Assembly (NCBI GenBank): GCA_950097015.1
Contig: CATNEN010000025.1
Coordinates: 7,812,001-7,876,000 of the forward strand
Source of the DNA: Macrostomum hystrix
Lineage: Eukaryota > Animalia > Platyhelminthes
Direction: 5' to 3'
DNA length: 64,000 nt
Below, in pieces: positions 54,846-64,000 of the stretch. Position 1 is the first letter of the stretch. Each line of letters begins with the position of its first letter. Position numbers and translations under genes: made by a program. The notes under the pieces were generated by a model. It saw only the letters and a list, made by a program, of their open reading frames with translations, made no database searches and was not told the DNA's origin.

Positions 54846-55408
54846 CTACAAATGCAACGAAAATACCCAAAGCAATAGAATAAATGAATGACAAAGAGTT
54901 GCTACTGATTCTTTGAAACTTACATTTTCTAAACTGTCCAAATCTCGTTTTGACATTTTTATATTTAAAAAGTTGTATTCTTTGCAGAGGATTTCTGAAA
55001 TTAGAAATACATAAGCGTTAGACACTGGAAGTCAACTTTCTATAGTCCTGATCCCATTTAAAATTGAGATATATTCTCGCCAATTAAATAGCAATTATAT
55101 ACTTAATTTATTGTGTACATTTAAATATCTTAACTGCCAATAGTCATTCGATTATATCTTAGTTCAACTTGAAAGGTCACAATGTCACAATAATCACCAT
55201 TAGGCTTAGCAGTTATTATTAGTAGCTCAGATGCTAAATAAATATAGACACGATAATGTAGCCATGCAAGGGCAATTGAGTTCTATTTTTGCACTCTATT
55301 TGCAAAAGAACTTGTAGGTACCTAAATGCAGGGGCCGGCCATTTTATCAACTGTAATTTGATCAAATGACCAAGCTGACAAAATGACTTATGTGTTAAGG
55401 TCTTTGAA

Positions 55409-55763
55409 GGGGGTCAGTGGCAGAGCGGTCAATGTGTTTGCCTCTCGCACCACGGTCCCTAAGTTCGATTCCATGGCGAGGCCACATTTATTTGGGGCGC
55501 AGCCGCGGGGAGAAGGTTTGGGGGCTTGTCGTGCAATTTACGCCCTTGAGAGCCGACCTCTAAGGCACAGTGAAAGTGTACACTGCCTGACGATGAGAAA
55601 GTCAGGGCAGATGTACACACCTGTGTGAGCGAGTGCCTGCATACGGTATCTGTGTGCGTGTGTGCTCAGGAGTCAGTGAAATGGGTAGAATTGCCTCCTT
55701 GCTGGCTGAGGGTCAAGTGTCACTGACACTAAATGATGTGCCATTGCCCGCAGCCCTCCTGCA

Positions 55764-55793
<30 letters not shown>
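55409..55793 (+). mobile_element. tRNA-derived SINE, family A, full length
   Basis: A box GTGGCAGAGCGG (55417), B box GTTCGATTCC (55463), (TTA)n tail 55764-55793, imperfect TSD TTAAGGTCTTTGAA / TTAAGGTCTGTTAA; inverted homolog at 10270-10599. Confidence 0.88.
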
Positions 55794-55795
<2 letters not shown>

Positions 55796-56578
55796 GGTCT
55801 GTTAATAGCAATGTCAATGGCAGTTGACAAAGCGACCAAACCAGTCTAAGTCATATTTTTGACATTCTTTCATTTTACGATCTCATTACATTTGTCCAAT
55901 AGAACATGGCACTTTAGTTATATGATCCCCTATGTAAAAGATATGAGTCTTGTTTGCATATCTATGGAGTATATTTAAAGCATGATTACCATAATTTATT
56001 GTAAGCCACAATTCTTATCAAGAGTATAGGGACTTCTCTATATTCACTTTCGTGTATGATTATTTAGATGGAGGAAATGTATGGAAAGGGATTGGACAAT
56101 CAAACTGGGCTTTTCTTCAATTTTGTAATACAATCCCCCAAGTCAAGAATTTGTTTGCAGAACATTGTGTACCTGACATGCGAAATTACTGCTTGTAAAA
56201 ATTTCAGCAATGGCTGATGAAAGGAGTCTCCAGGGTTGTTTTATATGATTCAGTTGTTGGAAAAGATTACTGACCTTTTGTAACCCATAGCACTAAGGTT
56301 TCTGACAGATGACAACTGGATCCCAATCTTGCAAAATAATGGGTTGTTGCCTGATTCATTGCCATGTCCAACCTGTTCCAGTCCAATATCGAACATAGCT
56401 GCCAAAAACAAGAACAAGAAACAAATGTTCTGATGTAAAAAACAATATCTAGCCCATACTGTGCCCATAAATGGCACCTTTTAATTAGAATGAACTCTTT
56501 CTTTGTTAATTTGAATCTAAATCTGATGGACATTCAGATGTTTTGTCTAGGCTACTTGATGGAAATTCCACATAAGTA

Positions 56579-57366
56579 CCGGGTGCACAAAAAGTATCCG
56601 GACAGAATCTTGCTGGCTTTGCTTTCCGAGAGTTTGACATACTCCGGTAATTTAAAGCATCATTTTTATAATATGACTATGGCCCAACTTCTGCCCGCAA
56701 TTTGAACCCTGATATGCAAAATGGACTCATGCTGTTCACCCTTTTATTTCGAAAGCTTTGTTTTCAATCCGCTGATTTCTGTCACCTCAAGTTGTCACAA
56801 AATGTCGAGCTATTCCTTGGATCTCAAGAAGCGTGTCGCTACCGACTTGACTTCTAGATTGAGCATCTTGAGAAGGTGATTGCCCGAGGAGGTTCTCCAA
56901 TCGTGGATTAAATCGAGTCTGGCATGCAGAGCCGTTTGTTGGAACAATTTGAGCAGCACATGGCAGCAAGTGGGCCAGGTGATTGATTCAAGGAAGTCTG
57001 ACGATCTTGAACTCTGTTAGAAAAAGCGACCGATTCTTTAAATTAAGTTGCACTTTTGTTGCTCAATACCCGCGTTACGTTTCTCTCGTTCGCATTTTAG
57101 AAAAATTCGTTTTTACATTATTAAATGGAACACGAGCTTGAAATTTCGCGATTCACGTCGTCTACCCTTAATTAAGCCATTATCACCTTTCCAGGTGAAA
57201 AAAGACCGACCTGTTGCATTGGCCACTTTGCTGAAAAACGAGCTACGACAATTTTTTTTCATTGAGTTGCGATGTGAAAATTCATGGATTTGGGACCAAC
57301 ACATGTGTATTTATCTGTCCTTCTCTGCAACGCATGCAAGTGTCCAGATACTTTTTGCACACCCGG
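56579..57366. mobile_element. Non-autonomous Tc1/mariner-type element, 788 bp
   Basis: TIR CCGGGTGCACAAAAAGTATCCGGACA vs the reverse complement of TGTCCAGATACTTTTTGCACACCCGG (23/26 match); TA at 56577-56578 and 57367-57368; minus-strand remnant RFNPRLENLLG resembles the Tc1 motif DLNPIENLW. Confidence 0.85.
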
Positions 57367-57686
57367 TAAGTCATGAAATTTTCGGCATCCCTCCCTTTTC
57401 TTTATTTACCCCCCACCCCTCACTTTTGTTATATGATCCCAACAGCATGAAACAATGTTGTCCATATGGTAAGGGGATTGTAAAATGAAAGTGAGGGGGT
57501 TGTCAGGCCTGGAATTACATTAAGTTATTCAAATTGCATATAGCTAATGCAGATGTACTGCTTTGAAGTGTAGGTGCCAGTTAACTAGTGCAATATTACT
57601 TTTACACCATGTGTGAATGGTTCAAGCAGTCAAAAGATTCACTGAAACAAGCCGGACTAGGCAAAATTTTTTAAATCAACATGTTG

Positions 57687-58024
57687 CTCTTTGGTGCCAA
57701 GCTGAAGTATCATCAAGGCAGTCATCAAGGTCCGCAAATTTGGATTTTTGGTATTGTTCAGAGGGAGACTAGAGGGGAAGCATTGATTTGGCCAGTTGCC
57801 TCTTGTGATGTAGTAACACTGCTACCTCTAATTTAGAAATTTCTGGAAAGGCTATTTATAGTGACGGATGGTTAGCTTACCTCAACATAGAGCAGATGGA
57901 TTGTGACTACTCTCATTAGGTGGTCTGCCATAAGACTGCATTCTTGGCTGAAGTTGTTTACAATGGAGAAAATTGCACAGTTCATACTTAAGTTGAAGGC
58001 TGTTGGGGTAATGCCAAGTTTAAA
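57687..58024 (+). pseudogene. Merlin/ISXO2-like DDE transposase remnant (stops and a frameshift)
   Basis: Manual translation: LFGAKLKYHQG..QIWIFGIVQRETRGEALIWPVASCDVVTLLPLI*KF, then after a frameshift AIYSDGWLAYLN...HT*VEGCWGNAK. This matches the family consensus FGKRKYNRG / WVFG.IER / TLLPLI / IxSDxWxAY / HTNxIESxW. Confidence 0.85.
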
Positions 58025-59346
58025 ATAATGCCCAGTACTAGTTCAGCCATGCTTGTATTTTACTTGGTTGAAACTATTTTTCATACTATGTTCAGAAACA
58101 ATGTCCTCAAAGCCTATGTAGTGGAACTGACCCACCAGTATCCTCTGATTGGACCACCAATTTGATCAGACCAGAGACTTTTGATGTGGATTGAGTTGCC
58201 ATCTCTATAGAATGAGAGCAATAATGAATTGAATGAACTATCTTTACTTCATCTACAAATGTCATGTATACCTTGATTTTATTTTTTAAATATGATCCCT
58301 GTCTAAAAAATTTTGACTTGGGGTATCATATTCACAAAAATGAAGTTTAGCCTAAGTTTTTTTTTGTCCAATCCTTTTCCATACATTAAATGATTGTATA
58401 ACCAAAATGAATATATGAATGACAGTATTTTGTTTGATTGCATTATTTTGGTTGAATTATACTTTAAATAGACATCAATTGAAACTGCCTGGCTTAATGC
58501 AGTGACTCTGACTCATGGATAACATATTGTCTGGTTTCTATTCTTTGACTGTGTCTCTTACACAGGGATTGTATAACTAAAGTGCCTAAGAATGGGGATT
58601 GTAAAATGAAAGAATGCCATTTGTCTAAGTCATTAACATAGAAGTGTTCTAAGTGTTTAAATAGCTCACTTCACTCTACATATTTTCTAATTTTTAAACA
58701 GAAATAAACATATTGCTTTTAAAGAGGCCAATAACATACACAACAGTAGGGCATTGTCTAGCAAACAGACATATAAGGCTTATTTTTCTAATATTAAATA
58801 TATGCTAACCATGGGCCTACAATAGACAAAGTGACCAGGTTTTTGTTATTCATAACATGATAAGAGAGTTGAAAAAGTGACCAACTCTTTGGGTCCGCCA
58901 GATTGCTAACTAATTAGGTGACCAATTAGACTAGGCCCAACTAATAATAATATAATCCCACTGCCTATCTATAGAAATCTGCTACAACAACCATTTCATG
59001 GCATTTGACATAATGTCAATCAATGAAATGACTAAGATCCTTGGCCTAAATTCGAATGCCCATGTTTACACAAGGTGTAAAATAGTTTAAAAATTAAAAT
59101 GATACTATTTTACCACTGCCATGGCCCATGGGCACAATGCCCAATGAAATGGAATGTGTGAGTGTACACTGTACAATATCATTGACAGTGAACCTATGAA
59201 AAACTTGCTGAAAAGGTTTCTAGGTAATTATTTATAGTATTTGTATTTTGAAACCCATATTGACTTCCCTATTTGTTAAAAAAAACAAAATAAGCATTTA
59301 ATATTTAAATAGGCCTAATTGATGGACAGCATAAAGAACAGGAAGT

Positions 59347-60013
59347 GCTTATTCACACGGTCCTGTGCCTATAATTTCAATTTTATCCACACAGATCCGT
59401 GCCGATAATTTTCTGTTTATCCACACGGCAGCTTGTATGAATAGGTATACTTTCAAGTCCCTACCTATTCTTCTCTGAGCATAAGGCTTTTGCTTCAGAT
59501 TCAGAGTATAGTTTATAGTGTACAATATCAATGCATAGGCCTAGTGTAAAATAATAACAATGATGTGTGATGAGTTTGGTGCTGACTAGAATTCTGCTGG
59601 TTGACTCATGATTTTCTTTGATAGGCTTATTACTTTTTAAGTCAATACAATTCGAATTACAACGCGTAACAGTGACAAAAGATTTAGTAAGTTGTTATTA
59701 CAATAATTAAAAAGGATGACATTAATGTCAGTTAATGAATGTGTAGGTCGAAATGTAGAACACATTTGTAACACACTGGTGGCAACTTTGTCGATCTATT
59801 GGCTCGAGGGTTCAACAAAACGTTCAAACCTGAATGGGCCTCGTTTCAAAAAACAGAACCGTGTGGATAAAATTGAAATTAACGGCACGGCATATTTATA
59901 TAAAGAGTTTTAGACCTATTCATACAAGCTGCCGTGTGGATAAGCAGAAAATTATCGGCACGGCTCCGTGTGGATAAAATTGAAATTATCGGCACGGGAC
60001 CGTGGGAATAAGC
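59347..60013. mobile_element. Foldback/MITE-like element with about 100-bp inverted terminal repeats made of about 35-bp subrepeats
   Basis: 59347-59446 vs 59914-60013 match as reverse complements with about 6-7 mismatches in 100 nt; subunit CCGTGCCGATAATTT..TTATCCACACGG; an extra subunit at about 59858-59890; no TSD seen. Confidence 0.75.
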
Positions 60014-60639
60014 TCTGCCGAACGGCAAAGAACAAGCTAACTAGAAGCTTCCTTAGCAAAAGCAAATAGCAAAAAACCATCACAATTACCCACATTTAAG
60101 AAGACATGCTTTTTAGATCTAACTTCTATTGTTCTACAATGTTCTAAAAAATGAAATATTTCTTTTCTGCACTGCGGGAGGGATCGTGCTAATGTTCATG
60201 GGGTTAGGTAGCTTTGCTTAGTAGGTAGTTAATCAGATCATAGGCAATCAGTCCAGATGATTTGAAAATACGCAAGCCAGAAATTTTAAAATTTCGTAAT
60301 ATACAACCCTTCTGAATAAAAAGTGGCTAATAAAACCAAGCATGTTTATCTGTGTTTTATATATTATTTACAAAAATTTTAGCGAACTTATAAAAAGTTT
60401 CGGTAACAAGGTAGGTATTTGTTTTTATACTTTCTAATTACCGATTTAAATTTTAGCATCGTAGCTTGGTCGTCAATGTTTTCTTCGAAACAAAGTAAAA
60501 AGTGTGCGAAATGATAGAATATGTTTTAATAAAAAATATGTTTTAGCTTAAAAGTGTCTGTTTAATGTTAACCTCGATAAAAAATTATATTTTAGGCACT
60601 AATTGCTTATGTATTAGTTGTTCATGTTGTTACAATTAG

Positions 60640-61530
60640 GTTGTAGCCTAGTGGTTAGGGCAGGGGTCGGCAAACTTATTAGCTAGCGGGCCGAAAAGAG
60701 AACCTAAAAGACAACAGCGGGCCGCGCAGACTGTAGAAATCTAAGAGAAATATATCAGAGATAGTGGAGAGATGAGAAACAGGAGAGATGAGAGAGAGAA
60801 GAGATTAGACAAAGGAGAGATAAGGTACGGGAAAGACGAGACAATGGCGAGATGAGACACTGGATAGATGAGACACGGAAGAGACGAGACATGGGAGAGA
60901 TGACATATAGTAGAGATGAGACACGGGAGAGATAAGACACAGGAGAGGTGAGACAAAGGAGAGACAAGACACAGGAGAGACGAGACAATGGAGAGATAGG
61001 GCCTAAGACACAGGAGAGACGAGACAATGGAGAGATAAGACACGGAAGAGATGAGACTATGGAGAGATAAGATATGGAAGAGACGAGACAATGGAGAGAT
61101 GACATATGGGAGAGATGGAGACATGGGAGAGATAAGACACAGGAGAGGTGAGACAAAGGAGAGACAAGGCATGGAACAGACGAGACAATGGAGAGATAAG
61201 ATACAGGAGAGGTGACACACAGGAGAGATGAGACAAGGGGAAAGGCGACATATGGAGAGATGAGGCAGGGGAAAGATGAAATTGTATACAATAGGTGTCG
61301 GAATGGGCAACAGGCCAGATTTGGGAGCTTTGAGAGCTGCATCTGGCCCGCGGGCTAGAGTTTGCCAACCCCTGGGTTAGGGCATCAGATTTACGACTTG
61401 AAGGGCGGGGGGTTCGATTCCCAACTCCACTGGAACAATTTGTGTCCTTTAGCAGCTGGGAAAATTGAAGGTGGGTGTGGCGTCCCCCCCAGTCCGTGGA
61501 CTGAACAGCTGTATGCAGCCTTCAGATGCG
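60640..61530 (+). mobile_element. tRNA-derived SINE family B copy, interrupted by a hAT MITE
   Basis: A box TAGCCTAGTGG (60644) before the insertion; GCATCAG...GGTTCGATTCCC (B box about 61410) and the core GTGTGGCGTCCCCCCAGTCCGTGGACTGAA after it; homologous to 14285-14485. Confidence 0.82.
60661..61374. mobile_element. Non-autonomous hAT-type element (MITE), 714 bp, with a purine-rich degenerate repeat interior
   Basis: TIR CAGGGGTCGGCAAACT / AGTTTGCCAACCCCTG (15/16); perfect 8-bp TSD GGTTAGGG at 60653-60660 and 61375-61382. Confidence 0.93.
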
Positions 61531-62298
61531 TCGTGCATTAGCTGTGCTGTCGGCTGCACATCTGACCCAATAGGGGCAGGTGTAATCAATGATTATCAAT
61601 TATTGTTACTATGAATTTATAGTATAGTTGCACTTGCAATAGCAGTCATCAATCATTGTCATGCACATCGCACATGTAGTAGCACATATATATAAGTAAG
61701 AAAGCTTGTTGACAACAGAAAATCAACTTTGTTTCAATACCTATTTATCTCATTTTTAACTTTTTTATTTCAAGTTTGCTAAATAAACATTTTACTGTGC
61801 ATTCTGGCCTTCTAAATATTTCTCTATCATGTACCTAGACCTAGCATAGTCATATATTAAACTTTCACCGCATACTATTCTGCATGCTATTCCACACACT
61901 AAGTAAGGGTCAAGAAAGACCAGCTGTATTTGCAAATATTGTATTGCACGTACTATGAAGAACTAGTGAACTAGTATATAATCTTGCACATCTACTAATC
62001 TTATTAAACTAGTAAATCTAGCATACAGAATAGTATGTGGTGAAAGCTTAACACAATAATTCAGATAATCCAGAAGATGGAAGCCTTCAGTTTAGTTTAG
62101 TCCAGTTTGGCAAAAGCCATGTCAGCAAAAAACCTCTTTGGTGAAACATTTATGTGCATAGACAAAAGCTTTGTATGCATATTGAATTATTAGTATATAA
62201 CTACATATTGATCATGATCATATTATGTCAAAGCTTAACCAGACTGTACTCTGTACACAAGTTATTTGACTTTACAGAAGAATATATATGATAACCAA

Positions 62299-62579
62299 CA
62301 TACATGCGCAACACCCGGCTGACCCGGCCAAACCGGCTGGGTGAAACAAGGGCCAAGCAAGGTAAGTCGCAAAAACCAATTGACCAAGTGCAAAAAAATC
62401 AAAGGGGGGACCAAGGGACAAAAAAGGAAGGCGTGAAGAAAAAGAAAAAGGGGAGAGAAAAAGAGAGCAAATGAGAGCAAACTAAGTCATAAATAGAGCA
62501 ATGAAACGAACTAAGTCTCAAATGAGAGCAAAAACTAAGTCGCACGGCCGGCTAAGATTTGGGAGGTTGCGCATGTATG
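62299..62579. mobile_element. hAT-type MITE, copy 1 (281 bp)
   Basis: Perfect 14-bp TIR CATACATGCGCAAC / GTTGCGCATGTATG; perfect 8-bp TSD ATAACCAA (62291-62298, 62580-62587). Confidence 0.93.
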
Positions 62580-62722
62580 ATAACCAAACTCCAAAAACTT
62601 ACTAACAAACATTTCTTGTTTAACTGCTGCAACTGATATAACATGCAACTGTATACAATGCTTGGGTGCTAACTTTGTTCTGATATCTATACCTATAATA
62701 CATGCGCATTGCGCATATATGT

Positions 62723-62994
62723 CATACATGCGCAACACCCGGCCGAACTGGCCGGGTGAAACGAGGGCCAAGCAAGGTAAGTCGCAAAAACCAATCGACC
62801 AAGTGCTAAAAAATCAAAGGAGGGACCAAGGGACAAAAAAGGAAGGCATGAAGAAAAGGAAAAAGGGGAGAGAAAAAGAGAGCAAATAAGAGCAAACTAA
62901 GTCATAAATTAATCAATGAAATGAACTAAGTCTCAAATGAGAGAAAAAACTAAGTTGCATGGCCAGCTAAGATTTGGGAGGTTGTGCATGTATG
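62723..62994. mobile_element. hAT-type MITE, copy 2 (272 bp)
   Basis: TIR CATACATGCGCAAC / GTTGTGCATGTATG (13/14); a different TSD, ATATATGT / CTATATGT (7/8); interior highly similar to copy 1. Confidence 0.9.
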
Positions 62995-63884
62995 CTATAT
63001 GTATTCTCTCCATTACTCCCTCTATTTGTTATTACCCGAGCTATTCCTACTCCTCTGTGTACATTGTATCTGATTATTATTTTAACCTTTTCATATTATG
63101 CGAAAAATCTGACCTGAGAAAGCTTTTGATGTTTGTAAAGTTTAAATTGACAACCCATCATTGGGCTATGATTGAGGCAAAAATCTGAACTTTTCCAGAT
63201 TGTTAGCACTGATTTAAAAATTGGCTGTTTAGTATCAGGTCAGACAATAGGCTTGAATACATTCTGGAATTTCCCTGGCATGCATGCCTTGATCCTGACT
63301 ATGGAGCTATATAAGAAAACCTAGGCTTTTCCATTATAGCTATGTATAATTTTGTTTAGATACAATAAACTTTTTGACCTGGCTTGAAATCATTTTTAAG
63401 TTATATTTATGTGCAGTTTTTTCACTAAAGTTTCAAAATTGGTGTGCATTTTTATGACTTTTTATTTGCACTAACAGAACTAGGAACTAAAAACAAAATT
63501 TTGAAAGTCTAAATTACATACTTATACTTCAATTCTGAATATTGAGTTCAGAGTAACTAAAAACTGAGACCACATTACAAAATTGGCCTACTAGTTAGCT
63601 AGTTAAATAGGCAAGCTAGATTTTGGTGCTAATTTTTTTCTAGCCACATTGCCTTGGCACTGATTTTGTCTTGGCACTTTCTCTTTGCCACAAAAACAAA
63701 TCAAGCACCAGTTGTAATATTCTCATTCATATTGCAGCCATTATGCAGTTCTGTCCCAATAATACAGTTGGGCTAGCTCCATTTGTCAGCAGAGGCCTTG
63801 GCCGCTGCTTCTATGACACTGTTACCTCGTCTGCTATGCTGGGCCTAGCCCTACTAGCGGGCTCCTGTCAGCTATTATTCTATC

Positions 63885-63898
63885 GTCGCTATGGCAAC
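63885..63898. promoter_or_regulatory. RFX X-box motif (GTCGCTATGGCAAC)
   Basis: Matches the X-box consensus GTNRCY-AT-RGYAAC; further half-sites GTTGCCATGG (63959) and GTTGCTATG (63970) lie in a locally GC-richer stretch. Confidence 0.55.
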
Positions 63899-64000
63899 CG
63901 CATCGAATCAAATCGCGTTAACCGATCCTGCTCAGCTGGTATGCAATATCTGGCCCCAGTTGCCATGGTGTTGCTATGCGCCGGCCGTTGCATCTGTCAG

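Larger units (their letters stand above)
56038..58420 (+). mobile_element. Decayed Merlin (IS1016/ISXO2-like) DNA transposon; boundaries approximate
   Basis: Imperfect inverted repeats 56038-56150 and 58300-58420 (ATGTATGGAAAGGGATTGGACAA vs TTGTCCAATCCTTTTCCATACAT; CCCCAAGTCAAGAATTT vs AAATTTTGACTTGGGG) flank a transposase remnant. Confidence 0.6.

Noticed and set aside
55409-55480. Functional tRNA genes (also 14400-14485, 10530-10599)
   Set aside because: A/B boxes are present but I could not identify a complete cloverleaf, and each continues into a shared non-tRNA body: these are SINE heads.
59375-59970. Clustered TTATCCACA (DnaA-box) motifs as a bacterial oriC or contamination
   Set aside because: They are subunits of inverted terminal repeats in eukaryotic, transposon-rich DNA, with no bacterial genes nearby.

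Overview
Eukaryotic (metazoan) genomic DNA with GT-AG introns. Compact GC-rich exons separated by minisatellite-filled introns resemble a flatworm such as Macrostomum; this is inference only. Four spliced protein-coding genes were reconstructed by hand, all on the minus strand. The RTK, ADAM10 and WDR76 models are phase-consistent; the Slob model is 5'-incomplete. In transcription order: (1) WDR76/CMR1-like WD40 protein, 54791/54845-51765; (2) ADAM10/Kuzbanian, 46583/46670-29043; (3) an Ig-domain FGFR-like receptor tyrosine kinase with an intact kinase domain, 24271-8718; (4) a Slob/PXK-like pseudokinase with a 29-Pro run and C-terminal WH2, >=2700-857. Roughly 30% of the window is tandem repeat, and many introns carry their own private minisatellite (units 16-71 bp; the largest is about 7.4 kb of a 35-mer). 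Mobile DNA includes a near-intact 1270-bp mariner, a Merlin transposase fossil with a nested Tc1/mariner-type element, two tRNA-derived SINE families, three hAT-type MITE insertions with 8-bp TSDs (one inside a SINE head) and a foldback element. Leading hypotheses: a stop-free, 3n, conservatively varying minisatellite intron in the ADAM10 cytoplasmic tail that could be retained; and phase-0 in-frame 'orphan' splice acceptors upstream of WDR76 and ADAM10 that fit spliced-leader trans-splicing with a leader-donated AUG in a co-oriented cluster. No CRISPR array, rRNA or intact tRNA gene was found.
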